This document shows, piece by piece, positions 41,423 through 50,886 of a stretch of DNA of 64,000 bases; positions within the stretch are counted from its first letter, which is position 1; each line of letters starts with the position of its first letter. Origin of the DNA: an uncultured Chloroflexia bacterium (GTDB lineage Bacteria; Chloroflexota; Limnocylindria; Limnocylindrales; CSP1-4); assembly GCA_963748625.1 (NCBI GenBank), contig CAVVJT010000007.1, positions 1,120,001-1,184,000 of the forward strand. Direction: 5' to 3'. The notes under the pieces were generated by a model. That model was not told where the DNA came from. It searched no databases and worked only from the letters and a program-made list of their open reading frames with translations. The position numbers were made by a program, and so were the translations under genes.

Positions 41423-41560
41423 TCAGATGGTCAGCTTCTGCCGGCCCTTGATGCGGCGCGCTGCGAGAATGCGGCGACCGCCCGTGGTCTTCATACGGGC
41501 GCGAAACCCGTGTTCCTTCGCGCGGTGGCGCTTCTTGGGCTGAAACGTCGGCTTGCCCAT
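41423..41560 (-). CDS. rpmH: 50S ribosomal protein L34 (not in the ORF track)
   Basis: Manual translation: [45 protein letters not shown]. Confidence 0.96.
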   Translation of the reverse strand: MGKPTFQPKKRHRAKEHGFRARMKTTGGRRILAARRIKGRQKLTI

Positions 41561-41672
41561 CGGGACTGTCCGTGATCCTCTCCATCAGCCTTGGGACCCG
41601 GGAACTCCGACCCCTAGAGGCACGCAACGCGCCGGGCGCCCGAGAGCGCGACGGCGCGTGTTCGTCGGCCGG

Positions 41673-41702
41673 ATCATATGGCCGCCTTCACAGGGGTGTC
41701 AA
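41673..41702 (-). promoter_or_regulatory. rpmH promoter
   Basis: Minus-strand TTGACA-18 nt-TATGAT. Confidence 0.7.
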
Positions 41703-41820
41703 ACCTCGCGCGCGAGGGCACGTGCGCCGCCTGTCAGGCTGCGGCGCTCCAGCGCTGGGCGCCGCACCCGCCAGAGAGGCTTGGGCCACCCCGCGGGACG
41801 CTGTCCCTGGCTCCTTCGTA

Positions 41821-41837
41821 ATACCCCCTGGGGGTAT
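41821..41837. promoter_or_regulatory. Perfect palindrome resembling a CsoR/RcnR-family operator
   Basis: ATACCCCC-T-GGGGGTAT. Confidence 0.5.
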
Positions 41838-41849
41838 ATCGGATTCGCC

Positions 41850-41879
41850 TTGCAGGGCCGGTCAGCCGGGGTGTATTGT
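41850..41879 (+). promoter_or_regulatory. Probable dnaA promoter
   Basis: TTGCAG-18 nt-TATTGT. Confidence 0.5.
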
Positions 41880-42043
41880 TCGGCGGCCCTGAGGCGCCGG
41901 GACCGCCGGGAACCCCCGTCGGGGGACACGAAACGGCTCGGCAAGGCGTCGGCAACACGCCCGTCTCGCGGTTCCCCTGGAACCAGGTCCGCGGTCGGCC
42001 GTACCCATCGAGAACCCGATTAGATCAGGACCCGATCGAACGA

Positions 42044-43408
42044 ATGGACGCGAAGCAGGTCTGGCGCGCGGCCCTTGGGGAGCTGCAGGTTTCCCTATCG
42101 CCCGCCAACTATGAGACCTGGCTTCGTGACACCCATCTGGTCGAGGTGGATGACCAGCGGTTCAAGATCGCCGTTCCCAACGGGTTCGCCAAGGACTGGC
42201 TCGAGACCCGCTACCGCTCCCTGATCTCCCAGACGCTGGCCCGCGTCGTCGGCTACAGCGTCCAGGTCGAGTTCATCGTGGCGGCAGCCACGGATGCCCA
42301 GGAGCAGGCGGCGGCTGTCGCTGCCCAGCCCGTGCGCCTGGAGCCCACGCGGGTCGGCGCGCCCGAGGGCCCCGCCGCCGGCGCCACGTACCTCAATGCG
42401 CGGTACACCTTCTCCAACTTCATCGTCGGGTCGGCCAACCGCCTCGCGCACGCGGCGTCGCTATCGGTCGCCGAGCGGCCCGGCCACGCCTACAACCCGC
42501 TGTTCCTCTACGGCGGCGTGGGCCTCGGCAAGACCCACCTGATGCACGCCATCGGCAACGCGGTCGCGGCCAAGTTCCCGCGCAAGCGAGTGGTCTACGC
42601 GACGTCCGAGAAGTTCACCAACGAGTTCATCACCTCCATCCAGCAGGGCCGGATCGACGAGTTCCGGGCCCGATACCGCCGGATCGACATCCTGCTCATC
42701 GATGACATCCAGTTCATCGCGGACAAGGAGCGGACGCAGGAGGAGTTCTTCCACACGTTCAACGCGATCCACGAGGACGGCAAGCAGATCGTCCTCTCCT
42801 CGGACCGGCCGCCGAAGGCGATCCTCACCCTGGAGGAGCGGCTCCGGTCGCGCTTCGAGTGGGGCCTCATCGCAGACCTGACGGCGCCCGACCTCGAGAC
42901 CCGGATCGCGATCCTGCGCGCCAAGGCAGAGGACCAGGCGACCCCGATCGGGGCGGACGTGGTCGAGTTCATTGCCCGCAAGGTGGTCTCCAACATCCGG
43001 GAGCTCGAGGGCGCCCTCAACCGGATCATGGCCTACGCGAACATGAACGCGAGCCCGGTCACCATCGAGCTGGCCCAGGCGGTCCTCTCGAACGTCCTCT
43101 ACAACCCCAAGAAGCGGCAGGTCACCCCGGAACGCATCGCGCAGACGGTGTCCGAGTACTACGGCGTGGGCCTCGATGCCCTGCGCGGCCAGAAGCGCGA
43201 GAGGACGATCGTGATGCCGCGCCAGATCGCGATGTTCCTGATGCGCGAGGAGACGGACGTCTCGCTGCTCCGCATCGGCGCGGAGCTGGGCGGTCGGGAC
43301 CACTCGACGGTGCTGCACGCCTGCGACAAGATCAACCGGGAGATGCAGGTCAACGACGAGCTGCGCCGCGAGGTCGCCGCCGTCCGGGAGCTCATCTACA
43401 CCGAGTGA
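42044..43408 (+). CDS. dnaA: Chromosomal replication initiator DnaA
   Basis: YNPLFLYGGVGLGKTHL, LLIDDIQF, QEEFFHTFN, SNIRELEGAL, RDHSTVLHA. Confidence 0.98.
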   Translation: MDAKQVWRAALGELQVSLSPANYETWLRDTHLVEVDDQRFKIAVPNGFAKDWLETRYRSLISQTLARVVGYSVQVEFIVAAATDAQEQAAAVAAQPVRLEPTRVGAPEGPAAGATYLNARYTFSNFIVGSANRLAHAASLSVAERPGHAYNPLFLYGGVGLGKTHLMHAIGNAVAAKFPRKRVVYATSEKFTNEFITSIQQGRIDEFRARYRRIDILLIDDIQFIADKERTQEEFFHTFNAIHEDGKQIVLSSDRPPKAILTLEERLRSRFEWGLIADLTAPDLETRIAILRAKAEDQATPIGADVVEFIARKVVSNIRELEGALNRIMAYANMNASPVTIELAQAVLSNVLYNPKKRQVTPERIAQTVSEYYGVGLDALRGQKRERTIVMPRQIAMFLMREETDVSLLRIGAELGGRDHSTVLHACDKINREMQVNDELRREVAAVRELIYTE

Positions 43409-43779
43409 TGCTGCACCCGGCGGCAGTGCCGGGTCGCGCCCTCCGTGCTTCGTCATCCGGGTCTGGTATCCGGTTTGGCGTTCACCCGCGCCCCTTCTGC
43501 GCCTTGCAGATGCCGCCGGGCGATCCCGGGCCGTCCCGAGCCAGACGCCTCTCGCCGGGCCGTGCGGCACGCCATGAGCCACTTGGTGTGGCAGACAGTC
43601 CCCGGACTGGGAGGTGGCGCGCCGGCGGGTGAAGACTCGGCTGGGGGTCAAGGGAGCCAGGGGTGTGCGGCGGGTGTACAGACAACCCGGGGATGGCTGC
43701 ACGAGAGGAGTTGGACGGGTTCGCTGGTGACTCCCGGTGGGGTCAGGGCGGCCCAAGACGGCACGGCGGCCATGCGCTC

Positions 43780-44090
43780 CGGCACCGTGCCCGTGGAGAG
43801 ACCGCCGAATCCGGTGGACAAGCCGGGCCCGACCGTGGATGGATCGCGCCCGCCTCCGGGGGTGGAATCGTTGGCGGATGAGCCCTGGTTGAGCCTCATG
43901 GTGGACACTGCTCCCGGCACCCCCGATCCATCCACGCTTTCGTCCCCGGCCCATCCCCGGGTTGTCCCCGTTCGTCCACGGAGGGATGGCGGTCGCCCAC
44001 ACCGGTTTCCCGCACGATCAAGCGCGACGATCCACGCAATCCACGGCAATATGACGGTGATGACGGAATGAGAAGATAGGTACCTCCCAC
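43780..44090. other. Probable oriC: degenerate DnaA-box array and DnaA-trio-like tract
   Basis: dnaA-dnaN spacer with about 13 TCCAC/TCCCC-core 9-mers; tandem boxes at 44028-44045 followed by TATGACGGTGATGAC. Confidence 0.75.
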
Positions 44091-44194
44091 AGAGAACCAA
44101 CAGCGTGGGGCACCGCGCGATCGTCCGGGCCCGGGACCCGCACGACACCAGCCGTCCCGACGAACCGTCCACCCCAGATGGAGACCAACCCGAC

Positions 44195-45310
44195 GTGAAG
44201 CTCTCGGTCATGCAGGAGAACCTGGCGCGCGGCCTCTCGGTCGTCTCGCGAGCCGTCTCCAGTCGCAGCACCCTGCCCGTGCTGGCCAACGTCCTCCTTC
44301 GCACCGAGGATGCGGGCCTCAAGCTGACCGCGACCAACCTCGAGATCGGCATCACGTACTGGGTGCCCGGCAAGATCGAGGTCGACGGCGCCACCACGGT
44401 CCCCGCCCGGCTCCTCACCGACCTCGTCAGCAGCCTGCCCGCGTCCGAGAAGGTGGACCTCGAGCTCCAGGGCCCCGACACGCTGCACATCCGCGCCGGC
44501 CGTTTCGCGACCCACGTGAAGGGCATCGACGCCGAGGACTTCCCGACGATCCAGACCGCCGGCGAGCGGCCGACGACGCGCGTCAGCCAGAAGGTCCTCA
44601 AGAAGGCGCTCGCGGAGACGGTCTTCGCGGCCGCAAGCGACGAGGCCCGCCCGATCCTGACCGGCGTCCTCGCCAAGTTCGACGGCAGCCGCCTGACGCT
44701 GGCCGCGGCCGACAACTACCGGATCGCCGTGCGCACCATCGACATCATCGACCCGGTGGAGGCCGTGTCCGTGGTGATCCCGGCCCGAGCCCTCAGCGAG
44801 CTGAGCCGGATCATGTCGGACACCGACGATCCCGTGGAGCTCGTCCTCGCCCAGGCCCGCAACCAGGCCCTCTTCCACCTCGACGGCATCGACCTGGTCA
44901 GCCGCCTGATCGACGGCCAGTTCCCGAACTACCAGCAGGTCATCCCCGCCAGCCATGCGACGCGCGCGGAGTTCGATCGCGAGGAGCTCCTGCGGGCGGT
45001 GCGGCCGGCGGCGCTGATCGCCTCGTCATCCGCGAACATCGTCAAGATCCAGGTGGGTGGCGACGGGGCCGGCATCACGGTCACGGCGACGGCCGAGGTT
45101 GGCGACTACACCGGAGAGGTCGAAGCGACGGTGGAGGGGGACGCGACCACGATCGCGTTCAATGCCCGCTACCTCAACGACGTGCTGGGCAACGTGCCGG
45201 CGGACCGCTTCTCACTCGAGCTCAACGGGCCCCTCTCGCCGGGCGTCTTCCGGCCGGTGGGCGACGGGGACTACATCCACGTCGTGATGCCCGTCCGGAC
45301 GACCTCCTGA
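44195..45310 (+). CDS. dnaN: DNA polymerase III beta clamp
   Basis: TLPVLANV, ATNLEI, RPILTGV, SRLIDGQFPNY, AFNARYL, VVMPVR. Confidence 0.97.
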   Translation: MKLSVMQENLARGLSVVSRAVSSRSTLPVLANVLLRTEDAGLKLTATNLEIGITYWVPGKIEVDGATTVPARLLTDLVSSLPASEKVDLELQGPDTLHIRAGRFATHVKGIDAEDFPTIQTAGERPTTRVSQKVLKKALAETVFAAASDEARPILTGVLAKFDGSRLTLAAADNYRIAVRTIDIIDPVEAVSVVIPARALSELSRIMSDTDDPVELVLAQARNQALFHLDGIDLVSRLIDGQFPNYQQVIPASHATRAEFDREELLRAVRPAALIASSSANIVKIQVGGDGAGITVTATAEVGDYTGEVEATVEGDATTIAFNARYLNDVLGNVPADRFSLELNGPLSPGVFRPVGDGDYIHVVMPVRTTS

Positions 45311-46509
45311 CGAACCCGCTGCTCCTCCCTCTGGACGGGCCCGACACCCCGATCCTGCGAGGTCTCGCGGTCCGCGACCTCCGGGGCTACGCGGCGCTCG
45401 ACGCCGTCTTCGAGCAGGGCCCGCAGCTGGTCTGGGGCGCCAATGCGGCCGGCAAGACCAGCCTGCTCGAGGCGATCGTCCTGCTCGCGTGGGGCCGCAG
45501 TCACCGCACGAGCGCCGAGGGCGAGATCGTCCGGTGGGGCCAGGAGCTGGCGCGGGTCGAGGCGAGGGTCGGCCGGAGGGATGTGCTGCCGGACCAGCGC
45601 GACGCGATCGAGGTGGCGCTCGTGCGCACGGCCAGTGGCGGCGCCCGCAAGCGGATCCGCGTGAACGGCGTCCCGCGGCGGGCGGGCGCGCTCCACGGCG
45701 TCCTGCGGACGGTGATGTTCGCCCCCGAGGACATGCTGCTGGTCTCGGGGTCGCCCTCCCTGCGGCGGGAGGCCCTGGACCGTCTCGCGGGCGAGCGATC
45801 GGCGCACTACACCCGCGACCTGGGCACGTACGGGCGGGCGCTCCAGCAGCGCAACGGGCTCCTGCGGGCGATCCGCGAGGAGCAGGCGACGCGCGCGGAA
45901 CTCCGCTTCTGGGACCAGACGCTGCTGGAGGCCGGCACGGCCGTTCGTGAGGAGCGGATGCGCCTCCTGCGCGACCTCGCGGGGCCACTCGCCGCCGCAC
46001 ATGCGGAGATCGCACCCGACGAGGCCGCCGACGCCGCGCTGCACGTCGAGTACACGACCAATGCCCCGCAGCACCACGGCGAGTCCATCCGCGACGCGCT
46101 CGCCCGGCGCCTGGCCGAGACCGCCGACAAGGAGGTCTGGAACGGCACCACCCTGGTCGGCCCGCATCGCGACGACATCGTCTTCGAGATGGGGGGCCGG
46201 TCACTGGCGACGTTTGCGAGCCGAGGCCAGCAGCGCACGGCGATCCTCGCCTTCAAGCTCGCCGAGGTGGACCTCCTCACCGCCATGGATGGCCGGCCGC
46301 CGCTCCTCCTGCTCGACGATGTGTTCTCCGAGCTCGACCCGGAGCGACGGACCCACCTCGTGCGCCGGATCTCGGAGCTGCCGCAGGCCTTCGTGACCAC
46401 CACGACGCTCGAGGACATCGACCCGGCACTGCGCTCGGTGGGCACGGCCTGGGCCGTCACGACGAGCGACGACGGGTTGGCCTGTGTCACCCGCGACGAG
46501 CACCCATGA
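45307..46509 (+). CDS. recF: DNA repair protein RecF (apparent non-canonical start)
   Basis: Walker A GANAAGKTS upstream of the first ATG/GTG/TTG; VGPHRDD, ASRGQQR, LLLDDVFSELD. Confidence 0.93.
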   Translation: MTNPLLLPLDGPDTPILRGLAVRDLRGYAALDAVFEQGPQLVWGANAAGKTSLLEAIVLLAWGRSHRTSAEGEIVRWGQELARVEARVGRRDVLPDQRDAIEVALVRTASGGARKRIRVNGVPRRAGALHGVLRTVMFAPEDMLLVSGSPSLRREALDRLAGERSAHYTRDLGTYGRALQQRNGLLRAIREEQATRAELRFWDQTLLEAGTAVREERMRLLRDLAGPLAAAHAEIAPDEAADAALHVEYTTNAPQHHGESIRDALARRLAETADKEVWNGTTLVGPHRDDIVFEMGGRSLATFASRGQQRTAILAFKLAEVDLLTAMDGRPPLLLLDDVFSELDPERRTHLVRRISELPQAFVTTTTLEDIDPALRSVGTAWAVTTSDDGLACVTRDEHP

Positions 46510-46886
46510 CCGGCCGCGAACGCTCCCGCGATCCCGAGGCGCCCGGCCGCCGCCGCCGTCCCGACCGGATAGGCGATCTCCTGCCCGAGGCGGCACGGGC
46601 CCTGGGGCTGGAACGGGAGCTGCGGCTCGCCCGGGCCGTCACCACCTGGGATGCGTTGATCGCCGAGCGGGTCCCTCCTGCCGCAGGCGCCTGCCGGCTT
46701 GTCCGTCTCGACGACGACGCGATCGTGGTGGCTGCTGACGAGCCCATCGTCGCGTCCGAGCTGCGGATGCGCGCCACCGAGCTGCTTGAAGCCTTCGGGC
46801 GCGCACCGGGTGGTGCGCGCGTCCGGTTCCTGCGCCTCACGGGCGAGTCAGGGGTTGATCGCGGGCTGCAGCGGCCACCCGTATAA
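46506..46886 (+). CDS. DciA/DUF721 family protein
   Basis: ATGA overlap after recF; RIGDLL..W..ASELRM pattern. Confidence 0.75.
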   Translation: MTGRERSRDPEAPGRRRRPDRIGDLLPEAARALGLERELRLARAVTTWDALIAERVPPAAGACRLVRLDDDAIVVAADEPIVASELRMRATELLEAFGRAPGGARVRFLRLTGESGVDRGLQRPPV

Positions 46887-46974
46887 TCCACGTCCCGCTA
46901 CTCCGTCTCCCGGCGGGCATCGCGCGTCACGCCAGCACCTCGGCGCGCGTCGGTCACCGCATGAGGCATCCGTC

Positions 46975-49260
46975 TTGGCCGTCCGTCTCCAGCTGAAGCT
47001 CGGTGCTGTCACCGAGCAGGACCGGCTCCCCGACTCGCCTGACACGATCGTGGTCGTCGAGCCGTCCGTTGGTTCCGTGGGCCGCACGAAGGGCAACCTG
47101 TACCTGCTCGTCACCTCCAAGGTGACGACTGCGAAGGCGCGCGAGGCGACCCGGATGGTCGCGGACACCATCCGCAATGAGTACTACTACGATGAGTCGG
47201 CCGGCATCCGCCAGTGCCTGACCAAGGTGCTCGCCACCGCCAACAAGCGGGTCGCCCACCAGCGCGACAAGTTCAGCCTGGGCCACCAGAGCGACGGGGC
47301 GGGACCCATCGGGGTTGCGGTCGCGGTGGTGCGCGGGCGCGAGCTGTACGTCGCCACCGTCGGCCCGGCCGAGGCCTATCTCATCCGCCAGGCACGCCTG
47401 TCGACCCTTCCTGATCCGAACGGCGAACGGGGCATGCCGTCCGAGGGCCTCGAGCCTGAGGTCTGGCGCGGCGAGCTCAACGTGGGCGATTCGTTGTGCC
47501 TGGTCGCGCGCAACGTCGTGGGCCGGATCGGCACGGACGCCCTCAAGGACGCGCTGGTCACCCTCCACCCGCAGTCGGCGATCGAGCACATCCACGCCCG
47601 GTTCACCGCGGCCGGCGGCGCAGGGTCAGACGGCGCCTTCGCCTTCGAGGCAGCCGAGGTTGGGGCGACCTTCAAACAGAAGACCCTGGTGCCGGTCCGC
47701 CCCGCAGAGCCCCTGGCGGGCGCCCCCGACAAGTCCCCGATCCCCCTGGCAGACGGTGTCACGGCCGGCGCCGCCGCCGTCACGGCCACGGCCGGCAAGG
47801 CGAAGGCCAGCGCCGGAAGCTCGGTGGAGCGCGTGGTCGGGAAGATCCAGGACATGCTGCCCCGGCGCAGGTCGGCGTCACCCAAGGTCACCGCGGCCAC
47901 CAGCCGCATGGAGACCCAGCGCCGCGCCGCCGTGGCGTTGCTGGCGTTCATCGGCATCGCGGGCGCCCTCGTCCTGTCCATCTACGCCTTCGGTGGCCAG
48001 GGCACAACCCCCGGTGCGATCGAGTCGCTCAACGCGGCGGAGGTCGCCTTCACCGAGGCCGAGGAGGCCGCCGGCGGGGTGAGCGGCCCGGGGATCGACC
48101 TCATCGCGAACGACCCGAGCAGGGCGCTCGAGCTGCTCACCCTCGCCTACGCCAAGCTCGACGAGGCCCAGCAGGCCGGCTACCCGTCCGACCAGGTGGA
48201 CGAGCTCCGTGCGACCGTCCTCGAAGGCCTCGACCGCCTCTACGGCGTCGTCCCGGTGGCCACCGAGCCGCTGTTCACCTTCCCGGCCGAGAAGCCCGTC
48301 CAGCTGGCCGGCCTGGTCCGGGGCTCCGACGGCGCCCCGTATGTGCTCGACACCGCCAACAAGACGGTCTGGCGGATCGACCTCGCCAAGCGCACGGCTG
48401 CCCCCATTCTCGCGAGCGGTGACAAGGCGACGGGAGGCCGTGTGGCCGACCCCGCCTTCATCACCACCGGTGGCCCGGACGTCCTGGTCCTCGACAGCAA
48501 GAACCAGCTGTGGCGGTGGCGACCGGCGTTGAACAAGGGCCGGGGGTCCCTCATGAAGATCAACGTGGCGGACTCCGCGTCGTGGGGCAACGACATCAAG
48601 GCGATCGACACGTTCGTCGCCAACTTCGACGCCGCCTTCTACAAGCTCTACGTCGTGGACGCGTCCGAGCAGAACATCATGGTCCTCTCGCCCGCCAACG
48701 ATGGCTCCGGCTACCCGGTCAAGCCCACGGGCCGCCTGCCAACCAACCGCCCTGTGGACGGGATCACGGACCTCATGCTCGACGGCGACATCTACGTCGC
48801 TGAGGACGGGGAGGTGGCGCGCGTCATCCCGGCCAACTCCTGGGATGCCGAGCCGCCCGAGGACACCCAGGTCCGCCCCGACTCCTACTACACGCTCCTT
48901 GCCTCGCCCGACAAGCCGGGCAACGAGTCCAGCCGGCGCGACGGGCCCATCTACGCCTACGATCGCGTCAACGCCCGCGTCGTCGCGTTCTCCAAGGCGA
49001 CCGGCGACTACATGTCGCAGTACCACCTCGTCGGGGACGACCCGGGCTGGGACGACCTCCAGGGCATGGTCATCATGCCGGGCGCTGACGCCGAGGCCCC
49101 CGCGACGATGTGGTGGATCGACAGCACCGGGCTCCACAGCGCTGTGCTGATGGAGGCCGCCGGGCCCACGCCAACTGCCGCACCGTCGCCCAGCGCGACC
49201 GCTGAGCCCGCGGCCACCCCCAAACCCACCAAGAAGCCGAAGAAGACGCCCAAGCCGTGA
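46975..49260 (+). CDS. PP2C-like (probably inactive) domain + TM + extracellular beta-propeller-like protein
   Basis: AVAVVRGRELYVATVGPAEAYL and GDSLCLV resemble PP2C motifs; one TM; repeated YVLD/LVLD/LYVVD/IYVA/IYAYD strands. Confidence 0.65.
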   Translation: MAVRLQLKLGAVTEQDRLPDSPDTIVVVEPSVGSVGRTKGNLYLLVTSKVTTAKAREATRMVADTIRNEYYYDESAGIRQCLTKVLATANKRVAHQRDKFSLGHQSDGAGPIGVAVAVVRGRELYVATVGPAEAYLIRQARLSTLPDPNGERGMPSEGLEPEVWRGELNVGDSLCLVARNVVGRIGTDALKDALVTLHPQSAIEHIHARFTAAGGAGSDGAFAFEAAEVGATFKQKTLVPVRPAEPLAGAPDKSPIPLADGVTAGAAAVTATAGKAKASAGSSVERVVGKIQDMLPRRRSASPKVTAATSRMETQRRAAVALLAFIGIAGALVLSIYAFGGQGTTPGAIESLNAAEVAFTEAEEAAGGVSGPGIDLIANDPSRALELLTLAYAKLDEAQQAGYPSDQVDELRATVLEGLDRLYGVVPVATEPLFTFPAEKPVQLAGLVRGSDGAPYVLDTANKTVWRIDLAKRTAAPILASGDKATGGRVADPAFITTGGPDVLVLDSKNQLWRWRPALNKGRGSLMKINVADSASWGNDIKAIDTFVANFDAAFYKLYVVDASEQNIMVLSPANDGSGYPVKPTGRLPTNRPVDGITDLMLDGDIYVAEDGEVARVIPANSWDAEPPEDTQVRPDSYYTLLASPDKPGNESSRRDGPIYAYDRVNARVVAFSKATGDYMSQYHLVGDDPGWDDLQGMVIMPGADAEAPATMWWIDSTGLHSAVLMEAAGPTPTAAPSPSATAEPAATPKPTKKPKKTPKP

Positions 49261-49276
49261 CGGCGGCGGGGCGCCC

Positions 49277-49984
49277 GTGATCCCCCTCCGTGACGCCGTC
49301 CCTCCGCGACGCACCCCGTACGTCACGCTGGCGATCGTCGCCCTCTGCACGCTGGCGTTCGGTGCGGAGCTCGCCGTCGAGGCGACCGGCGGCGAAATCG
49401 CGCTCGAGGAGTTCCTCTACGCGTGGGGCTTCATCCCGGCCGACTTCTGGGCCGCGGTCGCGGCCGGTGACTGGCTCAGCCCGCCCGTGCTCCACATCGT
49501 CTCGTCGATGTTCCTCCACGGCGGCTGGCTCCACCTGCTGGGGAACATGCTCTACCTGTGGATCTTCGCGAACCGGCTCGAGGACGGGATCGGGCATGTC
49601 CCATTTGCGGTCCTTTACGCGGTGGGCGGCATCGTGGCCGCCGTCGGCCACGCGTTGGCCGATCCAGCGTCCGACATCCCCGCGATCGGGGCGTCGGGTG
49701 CGATCTCCGCGGTCCTGGGCGCATACCTCGTCCTGTATCCGCGGGCACGGATCCAGTCCCTCGTGTTCCTCGGGTTCTTCTACCAGCTCATCGCCGTGCC
49801 ATCGGTGCTGGTGCTGACCTTCTGGTTCGTGCTGCAGCTCATCGACGGGGTCGCCGCCCTCAACGCCACCGACGTGGCGACCGGCGGGGTCGCGGTCTGG
49901 GCCCACATCGGCGGGTTCGCCGCGGGAATGCTGATGGCGCTGCCCATCCGCATCCTCCGGCGGTTGGCGCGGAAGGTGGGATAA
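49277..49984 (+). CDS. Rhomboid family intramembrane serine protease
   Basis: MFLHGGWLHLLGNM, IGASGAIS, AHIGGF. Confidence 0.94.
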   Translation: MIPLRDAVPPRRTPYVTLAIVALCTLAFGAELAVEATGGEIALEEFLYAWGFIPADFWAAVAAGDWLSPPVLHIVSSMFLHGGWLHLLGNMLYLWIFANRLEDGIGHVPFAVLYAVGGIVAAVGHALADPASDIPAIGASGAISAVLGAYLVLYPRARIQSLVFLGFFYQLIAVPSVLVLTFWFVLQLIDGVAALNATDVATGGVAVWAHIGGFAAGMLMALPIRILRRLARKVG

Positions 49985-49991
49985 TCCAGGC

Positions 49992-50618
49992 ATGGCTGGC
50001 AACCGCGCGCACGACATCGAGATGGTGGTTGAGAGCGTCCGGGTCCACATGCGGACCGGGCGCCACGTGCTCCTGCTCAAGGAGGTCGGCCTCGGGCGGA
50101 TCCTGCCCGTCTGGATCGGGCAGTGGGAGGCCCAGGCGATCGCGATGAAGCTCCAGGGCATCGCGACCGAGCGGCCCCTCACACACGACCTGTTCCTGGC
50201 CACGCTGGCGGAGCTTGGGGTGCACCTCGACCGGGTCGTGATCACCACCCTCGCTGACGACACGTTCCACGCCACCCTGGTGCTCGAAGGTGGTGACGGC
50301 GCCCACGAGGTGGATGCCCGCCCGTCAGACGCGATCGCGCTGGCCGTCCGGGTGGAGTGCCCGATCTACGCTGCCTCAGGCGTCCTGGACCTTGCCGCGG
50401 CCCTGCCCGACCCCGACGATGACGCGGAGGGCGACGATGCGGGCGATGGGGACGACGAGGCGGCGGCGACCGCCCGGGGTGAGCGCGACGCACGCCGGGC
50501 ACGTCTTGCGGCGGGGTCGCTCGAGGCGACCGGCGAGCGCCTCGATCCCACGAAGCTGACCGTGTTCCGCGACTTCGTGAACTCGCTCGAGATCGAGGGC
50601 GACCAGCGCGGATCCTGA
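49992..50618 (+). CDS. Bifunctional nuclease (DUF151) family protein
   Basis: LPVWIGQWEA, RPLTHDL, DARPSDAIALAVR. Confidence 0.92.
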   Translation: MAGNRAHDIEMVVESVRVHMRTGRHVLLLKEVGLGRILPVWIGQWEAQAIAMKLQGIATERPLTHDLFLATLAELGVHLDRVVITTLADDTFHATLVLEGGDGAHEVDARPSDAIALAVRVECPIYAASGVLDLAAALPDPDDDAEGDDAGDGDDEAAATARGERDARRARLAAGSLEATGERLDPTKLTVFRDFVNSLEIEGDQRGS

Positions 50619-50640
50619 AGGCCTGCGCCCGGCCGGCGTT

Positions 50641-50820
50641 CCGGGGCCGGGTTCGCGCTCCGGGGCCCCGACGGGCCCTTGAACCCGCTGGGAGTCAGGG
50701 AGCGGTCCTCCGTGCACGGGACGTGCCGCGAACTCGACCTGGCTGCACACCTGCCGCTCGGAGCATTCCCCGGTGACTCCGGGTTGAGTCAACTGGCGAG
50801 TCAAACGACGAGGCACCGGG
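50641..50820 (+). ncRNA. ssrS: Probable 6S RNA
   Basis: About 180-nt intergenic element with pairing ends (CCGGGGCC/GGCACCGG) and 6S-like blocks CCTTGAACCC, GTCAGGGAGC, GCACACCTG in the expected order; recognised by eye only. Confidence 0.5.
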
Positions 50821-50886
50821 CGCCGCACGGCCGCCGCACGGCCGCCGGTCCTGGACGCAGCGCGGGACGCGTCCGCCCGGGACGCT

